IMG/VR virus record: IMGVR_UViG_3300033067_002072
Span: 1 to 48,943 of that record
Direction: 5' to 3' (one strand)
DNA length: 48,943 nucleotides
DNA from: a virus
Lineage: Duplodnaviria; Caudoviricetes
Part shown: piece by piece, positions 17,506 to 28,140 of the stretch
How the letters are laid out: every line of letters begins with the position of its first letter
How positions within the stretch are numbered: position 1 is the first letter of the stretch
Notes under the pieces: generated by a model
What the model was told of the DNA's origin: nothing
The model's input: only the letters and a program-made list of their open reading frames with translations
Database searches by the model: none
Made by a program: the position numbers and the translations under genes

Positions 17506-17961
17506 ATGAATGATTTTAAATCAATCTTTGTACCGGAAGAAAAAATTAATCTTCCGAATTGTATAACTGAAATTTTGATTAAGAATTGGTTATCTTACTA
17601 TAATAAACCAGTACCTACTTGTCCCTTTTGGAGAAAAGAATATGCTACCCAGTCGAAAGATTTAGAATTCTTGTCTCATAAATATTCATTAGAGATTTCA
17701 GCCGTTCATGATTATCTTAAGGTATTCCATGCAGAAGTATTAATTACAGTACTTAAAAAACGTAAGTTGGGAACCTTAAAATATCTAAAATTAGATATGA
17801 AAAAAGATCTCATTAATGATTTATTCAATACTCAAGTCAAGGCTAATTTGCCTCTTCTAAAGTGTATAGACACGAGTCCCGCAGAACCTATTCAAGAGCC
17901 AAGTTTATTTAAAGGTACTACTAGTAAAACAGTTAATAAAGGAAGTATGAGCCTACTATGA
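17506..17961 (+). CDS. hypothetical protein
   Basis: Abuts previous stop; ATGA overlap with recA. Confidence 0.7.
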   Translation: MNDFKSIFVPEEKINLPNCITEILIKNWLSYYNKPVPTCPFWRKEYATQSKDLEFLSHKYSLEISAVHDYLKVFHAEVLITVLKKRKLGTLKYLKLDMKKDLINDLFNTQVKANLPLLKCIDTSPAEPIQEPSLFKGTTSKTVNKGSMSLL

Positions 17962-19025
17962 GTAAAGTTTTAGATTTGGCTGGACAAATAAATAAAGAAT
18001 ACGGTGATATTTTTGTATCTGCCAGTTATCTTGTCACCAACCCCCCTAGAATTATTCCTACGACGCTAGGATTAGATATAGCCCTCTCTGGCGGTTTGCT
18101 AGAGGGAAGGCTGACTACCATCGCCGCCCCCGCAGGAGCCGGTAAAACCACCCTCTGCCTCACCATTTTGGCTCAGGCCCAAAAACTTTACAAAAAGAAA
18201 TGTATTTACATTGATGCGGAATGTAGACTTAACAAGGAATTGCTGGGAACCATTCCGGGTTTAGTATGGACTGAAGCACAGGCAAAGGAAACGGGTTGCC
18301 CCGCCCTTCAGATTATTCGTCCTACTGAAGATAAGTTCATTTCGGCAGAAGAATACTTGAATATCTTAAATACGATATTTAAAGAAGATAAGAATTGTTC
18401 GGTTGTTCTAGACTCTATTGCGGCCCTTTGTTCAACCGCCTTACAAGGAACGAAGTTGGGCGAATCTCGCCAGATGCTACGAATCCCCCAATTCTTATAC
18501 GATTTTTGCCGTCAAACAATTCCTATTATTGCCGCCAAAAAGCATGATCTGATTGTTATTACCCATATGACCGCTAATCCTACAGGTTACGGAAATCCCC
18601 TCAAGGCTACGGGAGGTAATGCTATTGAATTCTTCTCTAGTAACTTCCTCTATTGTTATTCTTCCAAGGAAATTGACGGCGACGATGAAAATGGCAGGAA
18701 GATTGGGAAGAATACAACGTTTAAATTAAAGAAGTCGGCCCTTGGACCTCCCAATATGGAAGCGGTTATACCAATTCGATATGGTAGAGGGGTTGACCCA
18801 ATTGAAGATTTAGTCTCTTTGGGTGAGGAATTCGGATTGATTGAAAAGGCTGGTGCTTGGTATAACTTGAAAGATAGTAAGGAGAAATATCAAGGTAAGG
18901 CTGCGATGGTTGCGGCCCTACGTGAAGATACCAAATTGCAAAGCAGTTTAGATTCAAAGATACGTTCTATTGCCTTACCCAAGGGGCCTCCCGATGAGAA
19001 AGTTAACAGTGTTAGCAAGAAGTGA
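17958..19025 (+). CDS. recA: RecA/UvsX recombinase
   Basis: LDIALSGG, Walker A APAGAGKTT, YIDAE, VLDSIAAL, TGGNAIEF, KAGAWY. Confidence 0.93.
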   Translation: MSKVLDLAGQINKEYGDIFVSASYLVTNPPRIIPTTLGLDIALSGGLLEGRLTTIAAPAGAGKTTLCLTILAQAQKLYKKKCIYIDAECRLNKELLGTIPGLVWTEAQAKETGCPALQIIRPTEDKFISAEEYLNILNTIFKEDKNCSVVLDSIAALCSTALQGTKLGESRQMLRIPQFLYDFCRQTIPIIAAKKHDLIVITHMTANPTGYGNPLKATGGNAIEFFSSNFLYCYSSKEIDGDDENGRKIGKNTTFKLKKSALGPPNMEAVIPIRYGRGVDPIEDLVSLGEEFGLIEKAGAWYNLKDSKEKYQGKAAMVAALREDTKLQSSLDSKIRSIALPKGPPDEKVNSVSKK

Positions 19026-19290
19026 TTTTGATAACGTTAGTAGACTCTATGACTTAATTTCTCAAAATTCCACGATAAAAGATACAATTTATATTGATAC
19101 CAAAGAAAGTCAGTTAAATAGTTTAATAGAAGAAGTTGCAACCTTGTTGCATCGTAAAGTATTGTTTTGTCCTAGAGCAACTCAAACGGCTGACGCCGTA
19201 TTGATCATATACGATAAAGATCATGAAATTCATGAGTCCCGTAAGGATTATAGTAACAAGTATGAAATGTTAGAATGTATAGCAGCATAA
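18994..19290 (+). CDS. hypothetical protein
   Basis: Likely ATG at 18994. Confidence 0.6.
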   Translation: MRKLTVLARSDFDNVSRLYDLISQNSTIKDTIYIDTKESQLNSLIEEVATLLHRKVLFCPRATQTADAVLIIYDKDHEIHESRKDYSNKYEMLECIAA

Positions 19291-19300
19291 AGTAGAACAA

Positions 19301-19876
19301 ATGAAATTTAAAAATATTATTGGTATTGACGATTTATTTATCGCAAGATATAACAACACTTGGATTAATGAACGTGGAATAGAAATAATTCACGCATTAA
19401 ACTTTATAACTAATCATGGTCCAATTATAGAAGTTGGTGCCGTGTTACCTTATTATGGATTTTATAATCATATTTGTTATGACCCTTATGATCCTCACCC
19501 AATAGCCCAAAAAATTGATGCAGAGATTACAGATTTAACGGGGCAAAATGTTGTGTGTATTTCTAGTATCGAGCATTTCGGAACCGATTCCTATTGTAAA
19601 GATACGCCAGTAGATAATGATAAACCGGCTAGGTTTTTAGAAAAACTACACAGAGAATCTAAATCTTATTTTGTCACATTTCCGGGCGGTTATAATTTTC
19701 ATTTGCAAGATTACCTAAAAAAGAATCGTGATAAATATCAAATACACGGTTATATCAAAACACAACAAGATCCACCGATTTGGGTTTACACCAATGATTT
19801 AGAAAAATTAGGATCGGTTAAATATCACACCCCATTTCCAAATGGGAATTCGATAATTTTTGTTATTAAGGAATAA
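19301..19876 (+). CDS. class I SAM-methyltransferase-like protein (DUF268-like)
   Basis: IIEVGA motif I-like; CISSIEHFG. Confidence 0.6.
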   Translation: MKFKNIIGIDDLFIARYNNTWINERGIEIIHALNFITNHGPIIEVGAVLPYYGFYNHICYDPYDPHPIAQKIDAEITDLTGQNVVCISSIEHFGTDSYCKDTPVDNDKPARFLEKLHRESKSYFVTFPGGYNFHLQDYLKKNRDKYQIHGYIKTQQDPPIWVYTNDLEKLGSVKYHTPFPNGNSIIFVIKE

Positions 19877-19877
19877 A

Positions 19878-20477
19878 ATGATAGATTTCTTTTTTCGTAA
19901 GTATGTAAGTTTATTGGGTGGGCGGGCACCCACTTTCTTCAAATCTTTTCAATTATTACACGCCCGTACACACGAGATTGGGCGAAGCCCCATAATTGTA
20001 GAAACTGGTTGTGCCCGCATTGAAGATAATTGGGCGGGGGATGGTTTATCCACTTTAATATGGGCCGACTACGTTAATACTTTTGGGGGGAAGTTTTATT
20101 CAGTAGATATTGACCCTGCGTGCATCGCTTTTGCACGTAGCAAGATTAGCGAAAGCGATAGGACCAAACTAGTTTGCCAAGATTCCTTAGAATTCCTAAA
20201 GGAATTCAAAGAACCCATAGATTTATTATATTTAGACTCTATGGACTTCTGTACTACAGGCGATCCAAACCCCCCACAGGATCACGCTGTTAAAGAGGCT
20301 CAATTAGCCCTACCTCTTTTAACCCCAAAATCCTTGATTTTGGTTGATGATTGTGGGCTTATTCATGGTGGAAAGGGGGGCAAGGTTGTGCCTTATCTCG
20401 TAAATGAAGGATCGTGGGCCATAGCCCACTATGGATATCAAATACTGCTAACGCAATATGCTTGCGAAACGCTATGA
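19878..20477 (+). CDS. class I SAM-dependent methyltransferase (Methyltransf_24-like)
   Basis: IVETG, YSVDID, QDSLEFL, IDLLYLDS, ILVDD. Confidence 0.85.
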   Translation: MIDFFFRKYVSLLGGRAPTFFKSFQLLHARTHEIGRSPIIVETGCARIEDNWAGDGLSTLIWADYVNTFGGKFYSVDIDPACIAFARSKISESDRTKLVCQDSLEFLKEFKEPIDLLYLDSMDFCTTGDPNPPQDHAVKEAQLALPLLTPKSLILVDDCGLIHGGKGGKVVPYLVNEGSWAIAHYGYQILLTQYACETL

Positions 20478-20854
20478 AATACAAATCCCTAAAAGGGAAA
20501 GAGTTTACTCTTACCTTTGGTAAAAAATGGAAGAATGAAAGCCGTTCTAAGTTTCAGGCGGCTTGTGCCGAAGTTATTAAAACCCGTTATCCGCACGATC
20601 AAATTCTCGAAGAATTCTATGTTCCCCATGATAAATTCTACATTGACTTCTTCATTCCGGCTAGGGCCATCGCCCTAGAGATTCAAGGGAGGCAGCATGG
20701 GGAGTTTGTTAAACATTTCCATAAAACACGCCGGAATTTCATTTCCGCCCAAGATCGTGATTTGCGTAAGCAAAAATGGTGCGATCTCAACAGAGTAGCA
20801 CTTGTGAGTGTATATTCTATTGAAGAACTTAAAGAAAAGTTGGGTGTAGAATGA
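20474..20854 (+). CDS. Vsr/DUF559-like PD-(D/E)XK endonuclease
   Basis: YIDFFIP...ALEIQGRQH...RDLRKQKWC. Confidence 0.8.
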   Translation: MKYKSLKGKEFTLTFGKKWKNESRSKFQAACAEVIKTRYPHDQILEEFYVPHDKFYIDFFIPARAIALEIQGRQHGEFVKHFHKTRRNFISAQDRDLRKQKWCDLNRVALVSVYSIEELKEKLGVE

Positions 20855-21222
20855 TTTTATTTGGATTCATGCAAATTGTAGATGAGAAGTTATATGCCGA
20901 GTTAAAACAGCAGGCCGATAAACTTTTTGTGGGGACAAAGGATTCTGTGAAGAATCTATGGATTCAAAGGGAGTATAGAAAAAGGGGCGGTAAGATTACC
21001 AAAGGGCTTATTCGTCCCGGTAAACTTCGCAATAAATTGGCTGCTGACTTTGCCAATCTACTCCTTAAAGCAAATATGGCAACCGAATTGGCCCAAACCT
21101 CTTTGGATGAAAAAACACAAAAATTCTTACTTAATGATTTAGAGAAGATTTTAGAATATAAGATGGACAATACAGATCAAGAAGATTTGTTTGAAGATAC
21201 GGATACTTTAGAAGAGGATTAA
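20851..21222 (+). CDS. conserved phage hypothetical protein
   Basis: LYAELK..A...F....S...LWIQREYRKRGG pattern; acidic tail. Confidence 0.6.
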   Translation: MILFGFMQIVDEKLYAELKQQADKLFVGTKDSVKNLWIQREYRKRGGKITKGLIRPGKLRNKLAADFANLLLKANMATELAQTSLDEKTQKFLLNDLEKILEYKMDNTDQEDLFEDTDTLEED

Positions 21223-21224
21223 TT

Positions 21225-21722
21225 TTGTCACGATTAGACCCAAAAGAGATTTCATCTGAAATTACTTCGATGAAACAGGAAATTAATTTCCCCGTTTTTA
21301 CTGCAAAACATAGCCTCGCCCCTTTATTTGAGAATTTACTTAATTCTGATTTTATACAAAAGATGGATGGGCAGACCGCCCAGCAGTATTTGTTACAAAT
21401 TAGTGCTTACAGTCTCTATGTACAAATAGAACAGAACAAGATACGGTCTTATTTAAATTGGTGCGAAAGCAATATTAAGCATATTGTGGGTAAAGAATTA
21501 ATCAATGTTCCAAGGGAAGTAGGAACCTACTTCACATCGCAAGATGTGTACATTAGGGCCAATCACAAGACCGCCAACGACCTCGAAGAAGAAAAATTGA
21601 AATGTCAGGCAAAATTAGATATAATTTTTGATATAACGAAGAAGATGGATTTTATTTGTGACGCACTTAAAACCATTATTTACAGTAAAAGGAAAGACCA
21701 TGAATCCATTAGATCAAATTAG
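21225..21722 (+). CDS. helical protein, possible UvsY-like recombination mediator
   Basis: TTG start with SD GAGG; coiled-coil character; lies between recA and dnaB. Confidence 0.45.
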   Translation: MSRLDPKEISSEITSMKQEINFPVFTAKHSLAPLFENLLNSDFIQKMDGQTAQQYLLQISAYSLYVQIEQNKIRSYLNWCESNIKHIVGKELINVPREVGTYFTSQDVYIRANHKTANDLEEEKLKCQAKLDIIFDITKKMDFICDALKTIIYSKRKDHESIRSN

Positions 21723-22179
21723 GGAAGGTTTAGAGAAAAGGGACTTTAGTATTATTGCTAAAGGCTATACTATGATGACGGGTAAAACCGTCGAAATAGG
21801 TAGTATTAAAGAGGATACAGACGATAGTTATGTATCAAGCCTTGAAAAAGCGGAAGTAATTCCAGAAAAGATCCAAAGTGCTAAAAAAAGGGGTCGTCCT
21901 GCTAAAACGAAACCTACCACGGGACAAACTTTTACAGGTAAAAAGATGAAGATTCTTACTGTTCCAGAGGACAAAGAATATAGTAAGAAACTTAAAAAGG
22001 CAGCAAATAAGATCAAAGAGGAAAAGGGTAGTCGCCGACCATCTAATAATATGATGAAATGTGTTAAGTGCGATCATTCTTTTAACAGAGCCAGTTTTGT
22101 TGTCGGAACCAGTTTTGATGACGGTAAACAGGAAACAAAAGTCAAATGTCCAAAGTGCAAGACCGAACAGACCATCTAA
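21700..22179 (+). CDS. basic protein with KRGRP hook and C-terminal zinc ribbon
   Basis: KKRGRPAK; CVKC...CPKC. Confidence 0.7.
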   Translation: MNPLDQIREGLEKRDFSIIAKGYTMMTGKTVEIGSIKEDTDDSYVSSLEKAEVIPEKIQSAKKRGRPAKTKPTTGQTFTGKKMKILTVPEDKEYSKKLKKAANKIKEEKGSRRPSNNMMKCVKCDHSFNRASFVVGTSFDDGKQETKVKCPKCKTEQTI

Positions 22180-23606
22180 AAGATGTAGCAGCAGAGAGAC
22201 TTGTTCTTTCAAGCCTTTTTAAATATGGAGAAAAATATTATTATGAAGTTGATGGATTTTTAAAACCTAGAGATTTTACATCTGGCATTAACCAAATTCT
22301 TTTCGATGTTCTTACTGAACAGATTAGAACCAACAAGGTTAATCCTAGCATTTCGGCTGTTTTGGCTAAAACTCAACTAATCGATAAGAATCTTATTAGT
22401 AAATACGATCTTTCAGAATATCTTGAAAATCTATCTAGTGAGAATTTGTCAATTGAAGAAGGGGTTGGTTTTGCTAAAAAGATTGCTAAGATTTCTTTAA
22501 TAAGAAATCTTCAAACCACTCTACTTAATACGGCTGACAGTTTAAACAAGGTTCAAAATGAAGAATCCTTGCGGGATATCTTAGTAAGAGTAGAACAACC
22601 TTTAGCCAATTTTACTACTGATTTAGTAAGTGGATTTAAGACAGTTAATCTTGTCGAGTTTCTACCCGCGTTTGCCGAAAAGATTCCTAATAATAAGAAT
22701 GTTAGTAGGGGGATCCCTAGTGGTTTACCATTATGGGATAAAACTATTGGTGGTGGATTAAGAGTTGGTGTGAATCTTGTAGGTGCAAGATCTGGTCAAG
22801 GCAAAAGTTTTTTAGGTATTAATGTTGCGAACCATACGATTAATCAAAATATCCCTACCCTCTATTTAGATACAGAATTAAGTGAAGAAATTACGCTTAC
22901 GCGGTTTACCGCACTAATCTCTGGCGAAACCATTGATGATATTGAAAGTGGCACGGCAAATCTAATCAATATTGATAAGGCTATTAAGAAATTAAAAGAT
23001 AAGAAGTTTTTCTATCATAATATCTCTGGTACTCACCATTCCCATTGGATTTCTGAAATTCGCAAGTGGATTATTAAAGAAGTTGGTTTTAAGCCCGATG
23101 GTTCGGCTAAAGATTGCTTAGTAGTACTAGACTACATTAAGGTTATGGATCTGACCGATGGTAATATGATGAAGGAATACCAGTACTTGGGCCAAATCAT
23201 TACTGATTTGCATAATTGCTGTGTCAAATTTAATTTGCCCATCCTTTCCCTAGTACAACTTAATAGAGATGGTATTAATAATTCTGGCGAAGGTACCTTG
23301 GCCGATTCTGATCGCCTATTACGTCTTTGCTCTAGTTTCTCAATCTTTCGTAAGAAAGAAGAAGAAGATTTGGTGGCTGACCCATCGAAAAATGGTAATC
23401 GTAAGATTTTAACCGTAAAATCCAGATTCGGGGCAGGTATGGATGAGGGCGAATACATTAATATGAAATGTGATTTTGCCCGTGGTCTTATTCAGGAAGG
23501 TCAGAGTAATATAAATAATAGGACTAAGGCGACACCCGCTAAAGTAAATACGGTATCGGTAGATACAAAGGAAGCCCCCTTTGACGATGACACAATTCCC
23601 TTATAG
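22146..23606 (+). CDS. dnaB: replicative DNA helicase (DnaB family)
   Basis: AERLVLS, GARSGQGKS, YLDTE, VLDYI, QLNR, KSRFG. Confidence 0.93.
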   Translation: MSKVQDRTDHLKDVAAERLVLSSLFKYGEKYYYEVDGFLKPRDFTSGINQILFDVLTEQIRTNKVNPSISAVLAKTQLIDKNLISKYDLSEYLENLSSENLSIEEGVGFAKKIAKISLIRNLQTTLLNTADSLNKVQNEESLRDILVRVEQPLANFTTDLVSGFKTVNLVEFLPAFAEKIPNNKNVSRGIPSGLPLWDKTIGGGLRVGVNLVGARSGQGKSFLGINVANHTINQNIPTLYLDTELSEEITLTRFTALISGETIDDIESGTANLINIDKAIKKLKDKKFFYHNISGTHHSHWISEIRKWIIKEVGFKPDGSAKDCLVVLDYIKVMDLTDGNMMKEYQYLGQIITDLHNCCVKFNLPILSLVQLNRDGINNSGEGTLADSDRLLRLCSSFSIFRKKEEEDLVADPSKNGNRKILTVKSRFGAGMDEGEYINMKCDFARGLIQEGQSNINNRTKATPAKVNTVSVDTKEAPFDDDTIPL

Positions 23607-24585
23607 TTATATTTTGGATATAGCAAATCAGTACGATGAGGCAATTCTAAAAGAATTGGATCTGCCGGTACGTAGAAATGGGAATGTAGTCTGTGCGTGC
23701 CCAATTCACGATGGAGACAATCCTCATGGTTTCTCTTATTCTACTAAACACAAAAAATGGCAGTGCTTCACTCACAGATGCCATGAAAAATATGGGAGTA
23801 ATTTATTTGGATTAGTAAGAGGACTAAAGCAGTGTTCCCTTAGAGAAGCGGCAGACGAATTAGTTTTTATTCTAAAAATTGAGACTGATGTAGATTTAGA
23901 TACTATAGAAGCCAAGGCTTATGCTGTTAAGAAAATCAAAGAGAAGGTTAAACTTGAGAAGTTTAATCCTAATAATCACCCGGATATCCATTTAGGGGCT
24001 AAGTACTTTAGTGAAAAAAGGGGCGTGCCCAACGAAACTATTCTTTCCTATTACCCCTACATTTGTATTGATCGTAAAAGCGGTCTTTATGGGCGGGCTT
24101 GTTTGTCCATCAAGAATGAAGATGGGGATATTGTAGGATATACAGGGCGAAAGACTGATCTCATAGATAGGTATGATCACAATAAATATGTACCTAAATG
24201 GTTTCATTATCCCAATTATGTCGGGCGAGAATGTCTTTTTGGCATAGATCGTGTCAGAAAAACAGATACGGTTTTCTTACTAGAAGGATGTATAGGTGTT
24301 CTTAAACTTCAATCTGTTGGAATTAATAATGCCATTTGCACCTTTGGAAACAAAATTACGGCAAATCAGAGAAAAATATTGCTAAAATTAGGGATACGCA
24401 ATATAATTACGTTGTTTGACCCCGATGAGGGCGGGAGAATCGGTGCGGCCCTTGTAAATAAAAACTGCTCTCTTTATTTCAATATTATGAATTTCGAAGA
24501 AAAATTAAAGAAAGATCCCGGTCATATGGTTCCTTCGGAACTCCAAGAATTAAAGGAATTATTAAATCAATATGTACAAAACTAA
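23587..24585 (+). CDS. dnaG: DNA primase (CHC2 zinc finger + TOPRIM)
   Basis: CPIH...CFTHRC; VGYTGR; LLEG; FDPDEGG; KDP. Confidence 0.9.
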   Translation: MTQFPYSYILDIANQYDEAILKELDLPVRRNGNVVCACPIHDGDNPHGFSYSTKHKKWQCFTHRCHEKYGSNLFGLVRGLKQCSLREAADELVFILKIETDVDLDTIEAKAYAVKKIKEKVKLEKFNPNNHPDIHLGAKYFSEKRGVPNETILSYYPYICIDRKSGLYGRACLSIKNEDGDIVGYTGRKTDLIDRYDHNKYVPKWFHYPNYVGRECLFGIDRVRKTDTVFLLEGCIGVLKLQSVGINNAICTFGNKITANQRKILLKLGIRNIITLFDPDEGGRIGAALVNKNCSLYFNIMNFEEKLKKDPGHMVPSELQELKELLNQYVQN

Positions 24586-25255
24586 AGTGATATTATTAAC
24601 TGGGCGTGCCCAAAGCGGAAAGGATACTGCGGGATTCTTCTTACGTAACAAATTAGAAGAAGAGGTAGCAAATCAAGAAGAAAATAGGGTTAAAATGTAT
24701 TCTTTTGCTACAGCCCTAAAAGATATTGCTATTGAAATCTTTAATATCGAACGACATAAAGTATATGGGACAGATGCTGAAAAGAATGAGTTGACTCATA
24801 TTAAATGGGATGATTTACCCCTATCTAATAATGAACGAGATCAATTAGCAGCAAAAGGTAAGGATACTACTTACCTTACTGGCCGGGAATTCCTACAAGT
24901 ATTCGGCACAAATATCTGTCGTAGGCTTTATGGGGATTGCTGGGCCTATAGGACTTTAGTAGAAATTACTAAGGATCATCCAAGATATGCTATTCTTACT
25001 GATGTTCGTTTTCCAAACGAACTAGATATCTTTGATTTAAAGAATAATCCACGTTCAAATATTGAGAACATTGAGTCTGAGCCAGTAGTCGTAAGACTAC
25101 TTCGTAATCCCCTAAATATGCAGCATGATAGTGAAATCGCCCTTAATTCCTATAATTTTGAAAAATTCAGCAATTTTATTGTTGTTGATAATAGAAAAAT
25201 GGATTTGGGTGATAAGAACCAGTTGGTTTATGAAAGAGTAAAGGAAGTATTATGA
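24572..25255 (+). CDS. deoxynucleoside monophosphate kinase
   Basis: GRAQSGKDT P-loop, SFATALK, REFLQVFGT, TDVRFPNE, HDSE. Confidence 0.9.
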   Translation: MYKTKVILLTGRAQSGKDTAGFFLRNKLEEEVANQEENRVKMYSFATALKDIAIEIFNIERHKVYGTDAEKNELTHIKWDDLPLSNNERDQLAAKGKDTTYLTGREFLQVFGTNICRRLYGDCWAYRTLVEITKDHPRYAILTDVRFPNELDIFDLKNNPRSNIENIESEPVVVRLLRNPLNMQHDSEIALNSYNFEKFSNFIVVDNRKMDLGDKNQLVYERVKEVL

Positions 25256-26361
25256 GATTTGTTGACGCGAACTACATTGAATATACCCCCCGTAAATGGC
25301 TTACTTTTGATGATGTTTTACTTTTGCCCAATAGGTCTGATGTTCCCTCTAGAAACTCAGAAAAATTAGATTTATCCAGTCACTTTACCTCTGGTGTTGG
25401 TATGAGATTGCCCATTATTTCTGCCAATATGGATACTATTACCGAAGGTAAAATGGCTATTGCAATGGGTAAGGCGGGTGGGCAGGGCATCCTACATCGG
25501 TTCTATAAAAGTAAAGCAGAGTGGCTTAAAGACATATTGGCAGTTGAAGAGGCTGGGCTTTTGCCCGCTTTTAGTATTGGCGTGTCTAAAGATGATGTAA
25601 AATTAGTTGAAGAAATCTTAAATAGGCTTAAACAGCCGAAATGTGTAGTTACTGTAGATGTAGCCCACGGGCATCACCAATTAGTCTTTGACCAAGTAAG
25701 AAGATTGGCACTGGGTTTTGCTAATAATATAAATGTTATTGCTGGAAACGTATGTACTCCTGAGGGTGCAGCTTATTTAGTGTCGGCAGGGGCAAATGGG
25801 GTAAAAGTAAACGTCGGAAATGGTTCATTATGCACAACTAGATTAATTACAGGTCATGGAAGTCCCGCTTTATCTACTATTATTAATATTCGTCGTGCCC
25901 TACATGGAATGCAAACGAATACAACCTTAATAGCCGATGGAGGCATTCGTAATTCTGGGGATATTGTTAAAGCATTAGCAGCCGGTGCTGACAGCGTAAT
26001 GATTGGAAGCCTGTTTGCGGGAACCAATGAAACCTCCGGTAATTATTATGATATTAATCACCAAGTCTTTAATGGGAACACAGAAGATGTTAGTGGATTA
26101 TACAAGAAGTATCGTGGGCAATCTTCGGAAGAATTTAATGAAGAAATCAACAAAACCAATGTTACATCAGAGGGTGAGTCGCAATATGTGCCCTGTAAAG
26201 GGGCTGTCGCCGACATTATTAATAATCTAGCCGGGGGTATACGTTCGGGGCTTAGTTATGCGGGTTGTTATACTCTTAAGGATTTATTTAATAAATCCTC
26301 ATTCATTGAACTTTCAAATCACGGATTTACTGAAGGTACTCCTCACGGATTAAAACAATGA
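25252..26361 (+). CDS. IMPDH/GMP reductase family enzyme without CBS domains (GuaC-like)
   Basis: [37 protein letters not shown]. Confidence 0.9.
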   Translation: MRFVDANYIEYTPRKWLTFDDVLLLPNRSDVPSRNSEKLDLSSHFTSGVGMRLPIISANMDTITEGKMAIAMGKAGGQGILHRFYKSKAEWLKDILAVEEAGLLPAFSIGVSKDDVKLVEEILNRLKQPKCVVTVDVAHGHHQLVFDQVRRLALGFANNINVIAGNVCTPEGAAYLVSAGANGVKVNVGNGSLCTTRLITGHGSPALSTIINIRRALHGMQTNTTLIADGGIRNSGDIVKALAAGADSVMIGSLFAGTNETSGNYYDINHQVFNGNTEDVSGLYKKYRGQSSEEFNEEINKTNVTSEGESQYVPCKGAVADIINNLAGGIRSGLSYAGCYTLKDLFNKSSFIELSNHGFTEGTPHGLKQ

Positions 26362-26648
26362 AAACAAAAGATAAAAAAGAAATATCACTTTATCATAATT
26401 ATTATTATGTTGAATATGAGATTCCCAGATTATCTAAAGTTCAATGTATTAAAATTTGTGAATTGGAATGTCGTTTTAAGGTAGTTCAGCGTTTAATAGG
26501 AAATCTATCTTTACACGATTTGTATGCCCACGAAGGTCTTTATTACGGCGATGATTATTTTTTTAGTTTAAATACTGCTCGGAAGAAACTTAAAAAACAT
26601 TGGAAAAATAAAATGCTGGCTGCAAAAGAAATTTGGAAATTGTTATGA
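26358..26648 (+). CDS. hypothetical protein
   Basis: ATGA overlap. Confidence 0.6.
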   Translation: MKTKDKKEISLYHNYYYVEYEIPRLSKVQCIKICELECRFKVVQRLIGNLSLHDLYAHEGLYYGDDYFFSLNTARKKLKKHWKNKMLAAKEIWKLL

Positions 26649-27136
26649 GTAAAACTAAAATAAAACTAGCCGTCTTTGGCCCCAAACCCTGCTTTTTATC
26701 TGGACATGACCTAGAAGATAAAAGAAAGTTGGTTCGGGACCATCTTTTAAGAAAAATTCAGAATTTACAGGCAAATAATTTTACAATTCAGGGAGTTGGC
26801 GGAATCGACCTTGGGGTTGAGCAAGATTTTCTAGAAATCTGCCGGGAACTTAAGATTCCCTATGTATGCTACATAAGTAGTATATTGGATGAAAAAAGGT
26901 GGGCAAAGTTGCCGCAGGCATATGAAAAGATTAAAACATTAGTAGACGGGGCCATTAGAACCATAGTATTATCTAATAAGAAATATTCCCCTAAAAAGAA
27001 TATGGAAAAAGTGAACAAGATTATAGAAGAAGCGGATATGGTCTTTGTATTTAAAGGTAGGTTTGACGTTAAAAGTAAATCAATTGTTAATATCTGCGAA
27101 AGCAATAAAAAAACCTACGTTATAATCAATGTATAA
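26645..27136 (+). CDS. SLOG superfamily (YspA/DUF1273-like) protein
   Basis: AVFGPKP, GGIDLGVEQDF, ELKIPY pattern. Confidence 0.65.
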   Translation: MSKTKIKLAVFGPKPCFLSGHDLEDKRKLVRDHLLRKIQNLQANNFTIQGVGGIDLGVEQDFLEICRELKIPYVCYISSILDEKRWAKLPQAYEKIKTLVDGAIRTIVLSNKKYSPKKNMEKVNKIIEEADMVFVFKGRFDVKSKSIVNICESNKKTYVIINV

Positions 27137-27503
27137 ACTTTATTTTGATGCTGGACTACGCGAACACGGATTTGTATGGGCCTTTGTCATCTTCGATGAT
27201 AATATCATTGTTAACAAACAAAGGGGATATATTAAAGATAAGTCTGTAGACTCTAATGCCGCCGAATTCTATGCTCTAATATACGGCCTCAGGGAGGCCA
27301 TCTTAAGGGGGATTACAGAACTACAGGTTTACGGGGATAGTCAACAGGTTATTTACCAGATTAACAATTTAGTGTTCACCAATAAGAAGATGATGTTACA
27401 ATGTAAAAAAGAAGTGAAAGAACTCTCCAATAAATTTGACGTAGTCAGTTTCAATTGGGTGGAGAGTAAGGATAACAAGGTTGCTCATAGGGAGACAAGA
27501 TGA
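27129..27503 (+). CDS. ribonuclease HI family protein
   Basis: LYFDA, SNAAEFYALIYGL, VYGDSQQVIYQ, WV...NKVA. Confidence 0.88.
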   Translation: MYKLYFDAGLREHGFVWAFVIFDDNIIVNKQRGYIKDKSVDSNAAEFYALIYGLREAILRGITELQVYGDSQQVIYQINNLVFTNKKMMLQCKKEVKELSNKFDVVSFNWVESKDNKVAHRETR

Positions 27504-27826
27504 TTGTTCTAATCAAAGAAAATTGGACTATTAATTTTGAACCTACAAAATATGAGGTTGATTTAGAAATACAAAGTAGCGGCCCTATCGATGATGCTAT
27601 CTTAGGCAAATTAAAAATGCTGAAAAGGAAGAAGTGGGGATTTACTAATCTAAATTATACAAGTGATAAAGAATTTGGATACTTATCATTTCATAACAAA
27701 TCATTAAATCCTATTACGGTTGAAAATAAATATATATTAGAAATAGGGGCTGCGGGCCGCATTAATTTTCAAAAATATTTGCATTCTTTTCTTAAGAAAG
27801 CATTTGGTGATCAATGGGTAAAGTAG
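27500..27826 (+). CDS. hypothetical protein
   Basis: SD GGAG, ATGA overlap. Confidence 0.65.
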   Translation: MIVLIKENWTINFEPTKYEVDLEIQSSGPIDDAILGKLKMLKRKKWGFTNLNYTSDKEFGYLSFHNKSLNPITVENKYILEIGAAGRINFQKYLHSFLKKAFGDQWVK

Positions 27827-28140
27827 TTAATATATATCTTGACCCCTATGATATTTACATTGGACGTAAGTCCATATGGGGCAATCCTTATACAGTTAAA
27901 TTAAGTAGAGTTCCGGGCACTCAAAGGGTTGCTTCTAGCAAAGACGCGATACGCCTTTATGAAGAGTGGCTACGGCAACAGCCCGAGTTACTAAAACAAT
28001 TGCCCAACCTAAGAGGAAAAACACTGGGATGTTTTTGTGCCCCTAAAGGGGGCGTGGGAATTGAAAAGGGAACACCCCTTTTCTGTCATGGGCAGATTTT
28101 ATTGAAATTAATAGAGGAAATGGAAAATGTCAAAAACTAA
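27814..28140 (+). CDS. DUF4326 family protein
   Basis: YDIYIGRKSIWGNPY...LRGKTLGCFCAP...CHGQIL. Confidence 0.9.
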   Translation: MGKVVNIYLDPYDIYIGRKSIWGNPYTVKLSRVPGTQRVASSKDAIRLYEEWLRQQPELLKQLPNLRGKTLGCFCAPKGGVGIEKGTPLFCHGQILLKLIEEMENVKN

